A stretch of 64,000 nt of DNA from Bacillota bacterium (GTDB lineage Bacteria > Bacillota_I > Bacilli_A > RFN20 > CAG-826): contig JBDLRZ010000013.1 in NCBI GenBank assembly GCA_039799785.1, positions 6,072 through 70,071 on the forward strand, given 5' to 3'. A model generated the notes under the pieces. That model ran no database searches and had not been told where the DNA came from. It worked only from the letters and a program-made list of their open reading frames with translations. The translations under genes were made by a program, and so were the position numbers. The stretch's first letter is position 1; every line of letters begins with the position of its first letter. This document shows positions 37,471-47,605 of this stretch, piece after piece.

Positions 37471-39174
37471 ATGGGAAAAATTAAACTTTTAGATAGTCAA
37501 TTAAGTAACATGATTGCCGCTGGTGAGGTGGTTGAACGCCCAGCAAGTGCCATTAAAGAATTAATTGAGAATGCAATCGATGCAAAGGCAACTAGAATTG
37601 AAATTTTGATTGAACATGCAGGTCGAATGTTGATGGAAGTTAGAGATAATGGAGATGGGATGGATCGAGATGATTTATCTCAATCGATTCTTCGACATGC
37701 AACGAGTAAAATTCACGATGAGTATGACTTATTTCGAATTAAGACCTTAGGTTTTAGAGGCGAAGCGTTACCTTCCATCGCTAGTGTTTCTCAATTGACG
37801 ATAGAATCCGCTACCGGCATTGGTCCTGGCTATCAATTAAAATCGGTTGATGGAGTCGTAGAGATTTTACCCATCTCAAGTCGTAAAGGAACAACGGTTA
37901 AGGTTGAAAATTTATTCTTTAATACACCGGCCCGTTTAAAATTTCTTAAAAACGATTATGTTGAGACGGCCAACATTATCGATGTTGTTTCTCGCATTGC
38001 TCTTGGACATCCGTCTATTTCCTTTACCTTGTTTATCGATGGTAAAAATAGTTTTATAACGGACGGTCGCGGCGATGTTTTACAAGTCATCACTCAAATT
38101 TTTGGTGTTCAAACTGCTAAGCAATTAACGCCGTTTTCTTTTACATCCCACGATGTTAACATTACTGGCTATTTAGGATTACCCAGTTTAGCTAAAAGCC
38201 ATCGCTACAGTATGTATACCTTGGTTAATGGGCGTTCCGTTACATTACCAAAAATCAATCAGGCTCTCTTAGAAGCTTATCGTCCCTATCTTCCTCCAGT
38301 TCGATTTCCATGGCTATTCCTGCATCTTGCTGTTGATCCTAGCTTAGTTGATGTGAATGTTCATCCCACCAAAAAAGAAGTTCGTTTATCTAAGGAGGAT
38401 CAACTTAAAACCTCGTTAGTTCCTGCCATTAGACAATCGTTATCTTCCTTAAATCTATCTCCAAGTGAATCTCAATTCACAGATAAAAATTCAACCAATC
38501 ATACCCAACCAGCATCTATGAATCCTTCTGAACTTCGAGAACCTGAGTTATCAACGGATTGGGTTCCATTAGACTTGCATACTTCAAAGACAATCCAGCA
38601 TTTAACCGTGGTTGCCCAAATGCATTTAACTTACATCGTGTGTCGGGATGAACAAGGTAGCATTTACTTAATCGATCAACATGCGGCTGATGAACGAATT
38701 CGTTATGAGAAGCAATTGGCATTATTGGATGATAAGAAATTTGCTATTACACCGTTGGTTCCTGTGATGGTTGATGTGAAGCCTAGTGATGCTAAATTGT
38801 TAACCGAGGAAAGAATCCAAGTTCTCGCTTCAATTGGTGTTGAATTAGTTCCGTTTGGTGCAAATGTATATAAAGTGAATACCGTTCCGACATGGGCGAT
38901 GCAAGACCCTCAATTTTATGTTGAAGATTTACTTCATCAATTATTTGAGGAACCTACCATTCAACCCGATAAATTACGATTATATGCACTTGCCTCTAAG
39001 GCTTGCAAAACCAGTATCAAAGCTCAAGATCTATTAACGATGGAAGCAATGCAATCACTTGTTGATCGATTATTTCAATGCCAATACCCCTACACTTGTC
39101 CGCATGGTCGGCCAACCATGGTTCAATTTAGTAAACGTCAATTAGAGGCGATGTTCAATCGCTCAGGTTTTTAG
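37471..39174 (+). CDS. mutL: DNA mismatch repair protein MutL
   Basis: GHKL ATPase N-terminus IAAGEVVERPASAIKELIENAIDA, DNGDGM. C-terminal endonuclease-type motifs DQHAADERIRYE and CPHGRP. Confidence 0.95.
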   Translation: MGKIKLLDSQLSNMIAAGEVVERPASAIKELIENAIDAKATRIEILIEHAGRMLMEVRDNGDGMDRDDLSQSILRHATSKIHDEYDLFRIKTLGFRGEALPSIASVSQLTIESATGIGPGYQLKSVDGVVEILPISSRKGTTVKVENLFFNTPARLKFLKNDYVETANIIDVVSRIALGHPSISFTLFIDGKNSFITDGRGDVLQVITQIFGVQTAKQLTPFSFTSHDVNITGYLGLPSLAKSHRYSMYTLVNGRSVTLPKINQALLEAYRPYLPPVRFPWLFLHLAVDPSLVDVNVHPTKKEVRLSKEDQLKTSLVPAIRQSLSSLNLSPSESQFTDKNSTNHTQPASMNPSELREPELSTDWVPLDLHTSKTIQHLTVVAQMHLTYIVCRDEQGSIYLIDQHAADERIRYEKQLALLDDKKFAITPLVPVMVDVKPSDAKLLTEERIQVLASIGVELVPFGANVYKVNTVPTWAMQDPQFYVEDLLHQLFEEPTIQPDKLRLYALASKACKTSIKAQDLLTMEAMQSLVDRLFQCQYPYTCPHGRPTMVQFSKRQLEAMFNRSGF

Positions 39175-39175
39175 G

Positions 39176-40045
39176 ATGATTTATGTCATTGGTGGTCCAA
39201 CAGGATCTGGCAAAACATCCTTAGCGATTGCGTTAGCAAAATTATGGCAAGCACCGATTATTAATGCCGATGCTTTTCAAATGTATCAAGAATTAAATAT
39301 TGGTACCAATAAAGAACTAGCAATTTTAAAACCCTTTAAGCCATATTTATATGATCAATTATCACCTACACAATCTCTATCCGTTGCAATGTATCAAAAG
39401 GAATTTCGCTCTCTTATTGAAACCCTTATACCAAAGCATCCCAAGATTATTATGGTAGGTGGCACAGGTTTATATATGAAAGCAAGTCTTTATGATTTCG
39501 AGTTTGCGCCACAAGAAGTCAGCATCGATTTAACAAAATTTGATACCTTTGATAACACTAAACTTCATGCTCACTTGGCATCTTTAGACTTAGAGGCAAG
39601 TCAAAAAATACATGTTCAGAATCGTAGACGTGTCTTGCGAGCAATTGCGATCCATCAAACCACCGGAAAAACGAAAAGTGACCAAGAAAAAGCCCAAAAA
39701 AAAGCATTATTGTACCCTGCAACCTTTATTGGTATCCTACCCCAACGAGACTTTTTATATCAACAACTCGATCAACGCGTGGATGCAATGTTTAAACAAG
39801 GGTTACTAGATGAAGTTAAAACGTTGGTCAAAAAGTATGGCGATAAGCTTTTGGCTTTCCAAGCGATTGGTTACAAAGAAACCATTGCATATTTAAAAGG
39901 TAAAACCACACTTGATGAAGCAATCCAACTTATCAAACAATCTACAAAGCGGTATGCAAAAAGACAAATCACGTATTTTCGGCATCAATTGCCTATGAAA
40001 TGGTATGGTAGCGGTAAAGAAGCCTTTGAGGACCTTACGACATGA
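39176..40045 (+). CDS. miaA: tRNA dimethylallyltransferase MiaA
   Basis: P-loop GGPTGSGKTSLA, VGGTGLY, RRVLRAIAI and YAKRQITYF blocks. Confidence 0.9.
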   Translation: MIYVIGGPTGSGKTSLAIALAKLWQAPIINADAFQMYQELNIGTNKELAILKPFKPYLYDQLSPTQSLSVAMYQKEFRSLIETLIPKHPKIIMVGGTGLYMKASLYDFEFAPQEVSIDLTKFDTFDNTKLHAHLASLDLEASQKIHVQNRRRVLRAIAIHQTTGKTKSDQEKAQKKALLYPATFIGILPQRDFLYQQLDQRVDAMFKQGLLDEVKTLVKKYGDKLLAFQAIGYKETIAYLKGKTTLDEAIQLIKQSTKRYAKRQITYFRHQLPMKWYGSGKEAFEDLTT

Positions 40046-40242
40046 TCAATTTTCAATATCAAGTTGGCACCGTTGTAGAAATGAAAAAACCTCATCCATG
40101 TGCCTCTCGTTCATCCCAATTTACTATTGTAAAAACGGGTGCAGATATCAAAATGAAGTGTATGGGTTGTGGCAATGTCATGATGCTAAGCCGAGACCAC
40201 TTCAATCACCGTATTCGCAAAATCATCACACCTAATCTTTAA
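40042..40242 (+). CDS. DUF951-like small protein (possible zinc-ribbon)
   Basis: 66 aa: GTVVEMKKPHPC ... KCMGCGNVMML. ATGA overlap with miaA. Family assignment is from memory of the DUF951 pattern. Confidence 0.5.
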   Translation: MINFQYQVGTVVEMKKPHPCASRSSQFTIVKTGADIKMKCMGCGNVMMLSRDHFNHRIRKIITPNL

Positions 40243-40266
40243 ATCAAAAGCCTATTGATAAGGGAG

Positions 40267-42057
40267 ATGAAGATTCGAAACTTATCATTACATTATCCTT
40301 TACCAAATCAAAAGAAAAAAATCATCTTTGATCGACTCAATGTAGAATTTCTCTCACGAGGTATGACTGCAATTACAGGTGATTCTGGTATCGGTAAATC
40401 CTCTTTGCTTAAAGTGTTAGGAAATATTATCAAACCGAGTAAAGGTAAAGTAATTTTAACTGAAGCGAACACGTCAGGCCCACCAATTTATTTATCAGAT
40501 CAACTTGAACTAATTCCAAATTGGAAGGTCAGTGACTATCTTGAATCTGATATTCAAAAATCTCACATACAATCATTAGGATTCAGCGAAGATGATCTTC
40601 ACAAAACGTTTCGCCAGCTTTCTGGTGGTCAACAAGTTCGCTTAAAAATTATTTTATTTTTATGTCAATCTGCATCTGTTTATTTGCTAGATGAACCAAC
40701 GCATGCATTAGATGAATTCAATCGAAGAAAACTCATTGGATTTTTAATAAATCAGTCGGTTCAAAAATCAATTATCATCGCAACTCACGACAAAGAACTC
40801 ATTGAAAAGTCTGATGCCATATTGAACATCCAAAATCCCTTTAAAACATCGCTTGTATTCCGTAATCATTCATCCATTTTACGCTCGACAAACAATCCTG
40901 ATACGAAGCAAAACTACCATAAGTCTCGGCATCGATGGTTCCAACAACTAGAAAAACTTCATCGTGGTGGGGTTGTCGGATTGATGATTTCAGCAGGAAT
41001 TTGGATTATCCAAATTGCGCTCTTTTTATCGTGTATTTTCACCTTACAATTTCAAATTCAAATGAATCAGTATACGCAATTGCTTCATACTGATCCTTGG
41101 TTAGAGGTGGTTGAAAGACAAACGATACCCATCCATGATTCACCTTTTCAATTAGTCAAAACAACCTTTCCAAAATCAGAAAGTTTTCAAACCATCATTC
41201 AAGATTCACAAACTGCATTATGGTTAGTGGATATTTCGACTTGGTTTCCTAAATTCCTTGCCTTGGATGGTATTCAGGTCATGATTCGATTTGTGGATTT
41301 ACCATTTGATGATGCTAATATCACGACTTCTTGGATTTATCCGAAAGCATATTTGCCCGAGACCCTTTCATTATCGACGATACCTATAACTAATCATGGC
41401 GATTTTTTTTCATTTTCAGGGCCTATCCAAATACTGAATACTAGACCACCATTAACATGGTTTGAACCACCACAATTATTATTATCCTATTGGCAATGGT
41501 TAGGATTATTAACCCATCATGAAACAGTTTTAGAATCAGAAACCACTAATTTTCTCAATGCATATTTAACTTTTGTTCCACCGCCTCATGCATTAATTTT
41601 TGACACCGAAATCAATCATCGAAACGTGATGGATTCATTAACAGATCATCCTTGGCGTTTCACCGTACCCACAGAAAAAATTTATCCACTTATCAATCCT
41701 TTGATGAAACCTCTATTAGATTTTCTTCCTATTTTTTCTGTAACTTTAATTTTGATTTGGGTTGCTTTATGGTGGTCGAGATTACATTGGATTTATCAAA
41801 ACCATCATCGAGATTGGCATTGGATGCTTGCAATTCACCAACCTGCTGCAAGAATTTGGTTTCATATCACGCATTCATTCCACAAACGATCAATGATTAC
41901 GCATGGTATCTCTATCGCTTTTTTAGGGATAATAATGGAACTCCAAACGCTTGTGAATTTGCCAAGTATCTTCATGATTTTGATTATGCAGTTGAGCGTT
42001 TGGGTTATCATCGAATACTTAAAATTAATCATGCTCCAATGGTTTAAATATGTTTGA
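40267..42057 (+). CDS. MacB-type fusion protein: ABC ATPase plus FtsX-like 4-TM permease with an extracytoplasmic domain of about 235 aa
   Basis: Start moved to ATG 40267 (AAGGGAG RBS). GDSGIGKSS, LSGGQQVR, YLLDEP, ATHD. TM helix near aa 235-258, a hydrophilic W/F/P-rich domain, then three C-terminal TM helices. Confidence 0.65.
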   Translation: MKIRNLSLHYPLPNQKKKIIFDRLNVEFLSRGMTAITGDSGIGKSSLLKVLGNIIKPSKGKVILTEANTSGPPIYLSDQLELIPNWKVSDYLESDIQKSHIQSLGFSEDDLHKTFRQLSGGQQVRLKIILFLCQSASVYLLDEPTHALDEFNRRKLIGFLINQSVQKSIIIATHDKELIEKSDAILNIQNPFKTSLVFRNHSSILRSTNNPDTKQNYHKSRHRWFQQLEKLHRGGVVGLMISAGIWIIQIALFLSCIFTLQFQIQMNQYTQLLHTDPWLEVVERQTIPIHDSPFQLVKTTFPKSESFQTIIQDSQTALWLVDISTWFPKFLALDGIQVMIRFVDLPFDDANITTSWIYPKAYLPETLSLSTIPITNHGDFFSFSGPIQILNTRPPLTWFEPPQLLLSYWQWLGLLTHHETVLESETTNFLNAYLTFVPPPHALIFDTEINHRNVMDSLTDHPWRFTVPTEKIYPLINPLMKPLLDFLPIFSVTLILIWVALWWSRLHWIYQNHHRDWHWMLAIHQPAARIWFHITHSFHKRSMITHGISIAFLGIIMELQTLVNLPSIFMILIMQLSVWVIIEYLKLIMLQWFKYV

Positions 42058-44656
42058 GGCAATTGGATTAGAAAAACGTTTTGGTAATGAAATTTTATTT
42101 CAAGATTTTACATTTCAATTACCAAGTAAAGGATTGATCTTGTTAACTGGTCCAAGCGGAAGTGGAAAAACAACACTCCTTCAAATCCTTCAACTCAATC
42201 AACCCAGTAAAGGTCGCCTTCGATTTGATGGCATTGAATTATCGCTACTAAATGCTCAACAACGAATTGATTTTAAAAGGCAATTTATTGCTTCCGTTCA
42301 ACAAGATGTCAACTTGATTGATCATGCAACCATTCAAGATCATCTGTTGATGATTCAACATATTAAGGGGCAATTTCAACGGCCGCATATTAAACTTGCT
42401 ATCCAACAATTTCTGCAAGAGGTTTCTCCTCAACAAAGGTTAATGACGTTATCAAGGGGCCAACGTCAAAGGTTCGCGATGTTACTTGCTTGCATGGGTC
42501 ATTCGAAAATACTGCTTTTAGATGAACCGACAACAGGTTTGGATATAGCGAATCGAAACCGAATTTATCACTTGCTTGCATTATTAAAACTTGACCAACT
42601 TATTGTCATGAGTTCACATCAAGCATTAGATGATGGATTGAAAATGGATGGTCATCTATCTTTGCCCAACTCCCAAGTGATGAAGATTCAAATGGATAAA
42701 AAAAGGGACAGAATTTTACCCATCTTGAAACAATCTCCATGGCCCATTATTTGGTATTTTCAGTACCATCAAAGACAAAGAAAATTTCAGAAATATCGCA
42801 AACGCCTACACTTTTCTCAGACGTTTGTTTTTGCCACGATGGGTGTCATGATTTCTTTGATGATGTTTGTTGGAAAGGAAATCATGCGGGTTACGGAAAC
42901 TATGATAGGAGGGCAATATCAATATGTTGAACCTCTATTAAAAAACAAATTGATTTTGGAATCTACTGAATCATCTGATCCAATCTTCGCGACCATACCA
43001 TTTGAAATCGAATTAAGAACATACTATGAAGAATCTTATTTTGAATACTTAAAATCTTTTCATCACTTTTATTTCGACATTAAAGGTTTTCAAGTCGTGC
43101 TCAAAGATTTTCACCTGGGATTGATTAATTTAGTTGAAAAGCCAATTTCCCAATCATCTCCATTTTCTTCGATGCCAATGAGAGATGATGAAATTGTTTT
43201 AGGCGTTCAAACGCATCATCTTAAATTTCTTGCTCAGTCTTTAAACTGTTTTCCAACATTGGTTTCAATTAATGAAGCATTAGTCCAATCATCCTTAGCT
43301 ATTCAATTAAAAATCTATGTCCCTGAATGGCAATACCGTGATGAATCAACTTTCTATTTAACAAAGATTGAATTAACAGGAATACCAACATGGTTTCATT
43401 CAACTTTGGATTATCCAAAAAAGATTTATGAGAACCGTTTACGAATGCCAAGTAAAGGGTTTGAGGAAATATATGAGAATCAACCATGGAGAGTGGCAAA
43501 AACCACGATGATTCAAGTAAAGGATGATGGGGTTTTACTGAAAGATTGGCATAAATTAGAAACGTGGCAACATTATCATTTACAACGCCATCCATCCCTT
43601 GGTTGGCAAGTTTTTAAAACTCAACACCCTAGAAATTTACAATTGAATGTTAACGATTTACCTACATCCTTTCATTACCATTCGAAGGTTGGTTACCATT
43701 ATTATCCAGAGCAAAAACTAAGTGGTTATGCGCAGCCATTCTTTTTCAATTCTCAACCAGAAGGTAATATAAACTATCTTGAAACCTTGAAAGATATTAA
43801 AGAGCCTTTCGCTTGGCTTGATGTCCTACCTCCAAATCAAACTTTATTAGGTTATATCCTCGCCAATCCAGGTACGAGCATAAAACTAAAAACGGATGCG
43901 GTTTATCAAAACATGTCCATGCATGAGATTGTTGTATCGAATAGTTTACTGGAATTTTGGAATCTAACCATTGGTGATAAGGTTTATATTGATCACGGTA
44001 TATACCCAAATTTAAATGAAGCAGGACAAATTGAGGTCATCAAGCAGTCAAGTCTTAAAATCATCGGAGGAATAGAAACAGATGGACATTGGCTTTATCA
44101 TCACCCTCATTGGTTGACCCATTGGTTGATGATCCAGGCATTCACACCTAGTTATCTTTTAGAACCTGAGGCCTGGATTTTTTATGAAAACGTTTTAACC
44201 ACATCTGAATTTAAAACCATCAACCCATTAAAAGAAGTTCAGGAATCCGTTCAAGACATTCAATCAATATTAGCAATTTCATTAGGTATCTGGTTTTTAA
44301 TGGTTGGTATTCCATTAATATTTTTGTTTTATTATTATTCGGTTCAAACGTTAATTGCTGATCAAAATAATATAAAGACACTAAAAGGATATGGTGCACC
44401 TTGGACTTATGTTGAAAATTGGTATGGTGTGAAATTGTTCGTCTTGGCAATCGAGGTCATGATTCCAACTTTAAGTCTTTTACTGATGATGGATTATTTG
44501 CTGAAAGCATGGTTAGGGCAATATTTCTACCTTTCCATTGCATACCAGTTTCCAATTGAAACAATTGCTATCTTTATGCTGTTTGTATTGGTATTTTATG
44601 GTGCTTCAATCACGATTCAACTTAAGACATTAAAACAATATTTTCAAAATATTTAA
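42050..44656 (+). CDS. MacB-type fusion protein: ABC ATPase plus FtsX-like permease with an extracytoplasmic domain of about 460 aa
   Basis: GPSGSGKTT, LSRGQRQR, LLLDEPTTGLD, SSHQ. One TM helix, a large domain ending in a MacB-PCD-like IVVSNSLLEFWNLTIGDKVYI...IKIIGG, three TM helices, and the FtsX loop NIKTLKGYGAP. 8-nt overlap with the upstream gene. Confidence 0.7.
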   Translation: MFEAIGLEKRFGNEILFQDFTFQLPSKGLILLTGPSGSGKTTLLQILQLNQPSKGRLRFDGIELSLLNAQQRIDFKRQFIASVQQDVNLIDHATIQDHLLMIQHIKGQFQRPHIKLAIQQFLQEVSPQQRLMTLSRGQRQRFAMLLACMGHSKILLLDEPTTGLDIANRNRIYHLLALLKLDQLIVMSSHQALDDGLKMDGHLSLPNSQVMKIQMDKKRDRILPILKQSPWPIIWYFQYHQRQRKFQKYRKRLHFSQTFVFATMGVMISLMMFVGKEIMRVTETMIGGQYQYVEPLLKNKLILESTESSDPIFATIPFEIELRTYYEESYFEYLKSFHHFYFDIKGFQVVLKDFHLGLINLVEKPISQSSPFSSMPMRDDEIVLGVQTHHLKFLAQSLNCFPTLVSINEALVQSSLAIQLKIYVPEWQYRDESTFYLTKIELTGIPTWFHSTLDYPKKIYENRLRMPSKGFEEIYENQPWRVAKTTMIQVKDDGVLLKDWHKLETWQHYHLQRHPSLGWQVFKTQHPRNLQLNVNDLPTSFHYHSKVGYHYYPEQKLSGYAQPFFFNSQPEGNINYLETLKDIKEPFAWLDVLPPNQTLLGYILANPGTSIKLKTDAVYQNMSMHEIVVSNSLLEFWNLTIGDKVYIDHGIYPNLNEAGQIEVIKQSSLKIIGGIETDGHWLYHHPHWLTHWLMIQAFTPSYLLEPEAWIFYENVLTTSEFKTINPLKEVQESVQDIQSILAISLGIWFLMVGIPLIFLFYYYSVQTLIADQNNIKTLKGYGAPWTYVENWYGVKLFVLAIEVMIPTLSLLLMMDYLLKAWLGQYFYLSIAYQFPIETIAIFMLFVLVFYGASITIQLKTLKQYFQNI

Positions 44657-44683
44657 CATTCTACTATCTTTTTAAAATAGTTG

Positions 44684-44692
44684 TGGTATTAT
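44684..44692 (+). promoter_or_regulatory. Extended -10 element (TGgTATTAT) upstream of the cold-shock gene
   Basis: TGnTATTAT lies 62 nt upstream of the csp ATG, leaving a long 5' UTR as is usual for csp genes. Confidence 0.4.
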
Positions 44693-44753
44693 CTTTCACG
44701 TAGCAGCAAAATGTTAGCTCCTACTAATACTAATTGAAAGGTTTAGGTTTTCG

Positions 44754-44957
44754 ATGAAAGGCTCAGTCAAGATGTTCAACAAAGAAAAAGGCTACGGCTT
44801 CATTCGCACTGAAGACGGAAAAGATGTCTTTTTCCATCATTCTTCGATTCTTATGGACGGTTACAAAACCGCCGAAACTGGGGAACCAGTTGAATTCGAA
44901 GTTGAAGATTCCGATCGTGGTCCACGCGCCAAAAATATTAAAAAGTTACCTCGGTAA
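44754..44957 (+). CDS. Cold-shock domain protein (CspA family)
   Basis: MKGSVKMFNKEKGYGFI (RNP1 KGYGFI) and VFFHHS (RNP2). 67 aa. Confidence 0.95.
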   Translation: MKGSVKMFNKEKGYGFIRTEDGKDVFFHHSSILMDGYKTAETGEPVEFEVEDSDRGPRAKNIKKLPR

Positions 44958-44981
44958 TTTTTGATAAATTAGTGCTAAGAC

Positions 44982-45008
44982 AAAAGTCGCCCTCGGGCGA
45001 CTTTTTTA
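44982..45008 (+). terminator. Rho-independent terminator after csp
   Basis: Stem gtcgcc/ggcgac with loop ctcg, flanked by aaaa and tttttt (potentially bidirectional). Confidence 0.8.
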
Positions 45009-45050
45009 TTTCTTTCAGTCGCTATTTCCTTTATAATGAGTGAGGTCAAT

Positions 45051-46154
45051 ATGGGATTAAAAGCTGGCATTGTTGGGTTACCCAACGTAGGCAAATCAAC
45101 ATTATTTAATGCAATTACAAACGCTTCTGTTGAAGCGGCAAATTATCCTTTTGCAACGATTAATCCAAATACTGGGGTTGTTGCTGTTCAAGATGAACGA
45201 TTACAATTTTTATCATCCCTTTTTAAACCAAAGAAAACGATTCCAGCTACGGTAGAATTTGTGGACATCGCTGGGCTAGTCAAGGGTGCTGCAAAGGGCG
45301 AAGGCTTAGGTAATCAGTTTCTTGCAGCGATTCGCGAAGCAGATGCCATTGTCCAGGTTGTACGATGTTTTGATTCGGCAGAAATTATCCACGTTGAAAA
45401 CTCAGTCAACCCTGAACGAGACATGGATATTATTAACCTGGAATTAATTCTTGCAGATTTAGATGCTATCCAAAGAAGATTAGATAAAGTCAATTCCAAA
45501 GCAAGAGGTAATGATAAACTCGCCATTGCAGAACTCGCCATGCTACAAGTCCTAAAACCTCAATTAATGGACGGTACCCCTGCCCGATTAGCGACCCTAA
45601 CAACCGATCAAAGAAACCTTCTAAATCAAGAATATCAACTGCTCACCAATAAACCGATCCTATACGTTGCCAACATTGCCGAGGATGGATATGGTCAATT
45701 AGCCTCAAATCATTATTATCAACAAGTCCTTAAAAGAGCGACGCAAGAAGGTGCCCAAGTTGTACCAATTTCATGTGAAATTGAATCCCAAATTTCAAAA
45801 TTAGCGGATGCAGAAAAGAAAGAATTCCTCACCACGCTTGGCATCGCTGAACCAGGTTTAAATCCATTAGTGAGAGCAACATATCGTTTACTAAAACTAG
45901 CAACGTATTTTACAGTTGGTGAGGATGAATGCCGTGCTTGGACATTCCATCAAGGGATGACGGCCCCACAAGCTGCTGGTGTCATTCATACCGACTTTGA
46001 AAAAGGATTTATCAAAGCAGAAATTTATCATTATGATGATATATCGAAACTTAAATCTGAACCTGCTGTTAAAGAAGCGGGAAAATTAAGAATGGAAGGA
46101 AAGGAATATATCGTAAAAGATGGAGATATCATCTTTTTCCGATTTAATGTGTAA
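45051..46154 (+). CDS. ychF: Ribosome-binding ATPase YchF
   Basis: Start moved to [21 protein letters not shown], the canonical YchF N-terminus. C-terminal TGS-like domain [10 protein letters not shown]. Confidence 0.95.
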   Translation: MGLKAGIVGLPNVGKSTLFNAITNASVEAANYPFATINPNTGVVAVQDERLQFLSSLFKPKKTIPATVEFVDIAGLVKGAAKGEGLGNQFLAAIREADAIVQVVRCFDSAEIIHVENSVNPERDMDIINLELILADLDAIQRRLDKVNSKARGNDKLAIAELAMLQVLKPQLMDGTPARLATLTTDQRNLLNQEYQLLTNKPILYVANIAEDGYGQLASNHYYQQVLKRATQEGAQVVPISCEIESQISKLADAEKKEFLTTLGIAEPGLNPLVRATYRLLKLATYFTVGEDECRAWTFHQGMTAPQAAGVIHTDFEKGFIKAEIYHYDDISKLKSEPAVKEAGKLRMEGKEYIVKDGDIIFFRFNV

Positions 46155-46156
46155 CT

Positions 46157-47605
46157 ATGCTAGATCCTAAAAATATTCGCGTTCGCTACGCTCCATCACC
46201 AACGGGTTTTTTACATATCGGTGGTGCTCGAAGTGCATTGTTCAATTATTTATTTGCCAAGAAACATCAAGGTCAATTTATTATTCGCATCGAAGATACG
46301 GATATCGAACGCAATGTTGAGGGTGGTGAAGTAAGTCAAATTCGTGACCTTAAATGGTTGGGCATCTTACCCGATGAATCTCCGCTAGAACCTAATCCTA
46401 AATATGCTCCATATCGACAAATGGAACGACTAAACACATATCAACAATATGCCAATCAACTTTTAAAAGAAGGTCATGCATATGAATGTTATTGTTCGGA
46501 AGAAGAACTCGAACGTTCACGTGAAGAACAACTTGCGAGAGGGATTGCTGCCCCGCAATATAATCGGAGATGTTTACATTTAAGCAAAGAAGATAAAGAT
46601 ACATTTATTAGTCAGGGAAGAAAACCAGTTATTAGAATTAAACTAGAAGATCATTTAACCGTCGCTTTTGAAGATATGGTCAGAGGTCCGGTTTCCTTTA
46701 ACAATGATGATATCGGCGATTGGGTTTTAATCAAATCCAATGGTATCCCCACGTACAATTTTGCAGTTGTCATCGATGACTATTCCATGGACATTACCCA
46801 TGTCTTTCGCGGAGAGGAACACTTATCGAATACCCCAAAGCAAATTCAAGTTTATCGATATTTGAAATTTCCAATTCCTCAGTTCGGTCATATGACGATT
46901 ATTGTCAATGAACATGGAAAGAAACTATCCAAACGCGATGCCTCTATTGTTCAATTCATGTCACAATACCGCGAGATGGGTTACTTACCTGAAGCAATTT
47001 TTAACTTTATTTTGTTGTTAGGTTGGTCTCCAGAAGGCACCCAAGAAATATTTACAAAAGCGCAAGCGATTGCCGCTTTTGATGCTAAACGTCTTTCGTC
47101 CTCACCATCGATGTTTGATCCGCAAAAAATGAATTGGTTAAATAACTATTATTTGAAGCAACTTTCAGATGATACGTATTGGAATTTGATTGCGCCATTT
47201 ATTAACAAAGCTCCAGGTGCTCAACTTTTAAGTGAAACCTCACTTAAACTACTTGCAAAAACCTTTAAGGAACAGCTTGCATATGGCGTTCAAATTTTAG
47301 ATTTAGTGAAGCCTATTCTTGATCCAACATTTTCCTTTGATGATGAAGCAAAGGCACTTCTAGAAAGTCAAGATGGGCAAAAGGCCTTGGCATTATTCAC
47401 TGAAAAATTATCTCAGTTGGTCGAAATTCAAGGTCCCAATATCAAAGAGATTTTTAAAGCCATTCAAGCAGAAACGGGTTTAAAAGGTAAACCATTATTT
47501 ATGCCTGTTAGATTAAAATTGACGGGTCAATTACATGGTGCGGAGTTAGCCAATATCATTCCGATTCTTGGTAAAGAACTAACATTAAAGCGGTTAAAAG
47601 CATGA
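46157..47605 (+). CDS. gltX: Glutamyl-tRNA synthetase
   Basis: HIGH motif (PTGFLHIGGARSA) and KMSKS motif (KLSKR). No T-box leader (2-nt gap after ychF). Confidence 0.95.
   Translation: MLDPKNIRVRYAPSPTGFLHIGGARSALFNYLFAKKHQGQFIIRIEDTDIERNVEGGEVSQIRDLKWLGILPDESPLEPNPKYAPYRQMERLNTYQQYANQLLKEGHAYECYCSEEELERSREEQLARGIAAPQYNRRCLHLSKEDKDTFISQGRKPVIRIKLEDHLTVAFEDMVRGPVSFNNDDIGDWVLIKSNGIPTYNFAVVIDDYSMDITHVFRGEEHLSNTPKQIQVYRYLKFPIPQFGHMTIIVNEHGKKLSKRDASIVQFMSQYREMGYLPEAIFNFILLLGWSPEGTQEIFTKAQAIAAFDAKRLSSSPSMFDPQKMNWLNNYYLKQLSDDTYWNLIAPFINKAPGAQLLSETSLKLLAKTFKEQLAYGVQILDLVKPILDPTFSFDDEAKALLESQDGQKALALFTEKLSQLVEIQGPNIKEIFKAIQAETGLKGKPLFMPVRLKLTGQLHGAELANIIPILGKELTLKRLKA

Noticed and set aside
41652-42047. 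131-aa alternative-frame ORF inside the first MacB-type gene, plus other short nested ORFs throughout the track
   Set aside because: It is nested in or antisense to long ORFs with clear domain content and has no start signals. This is typical noise in a six-frame track.
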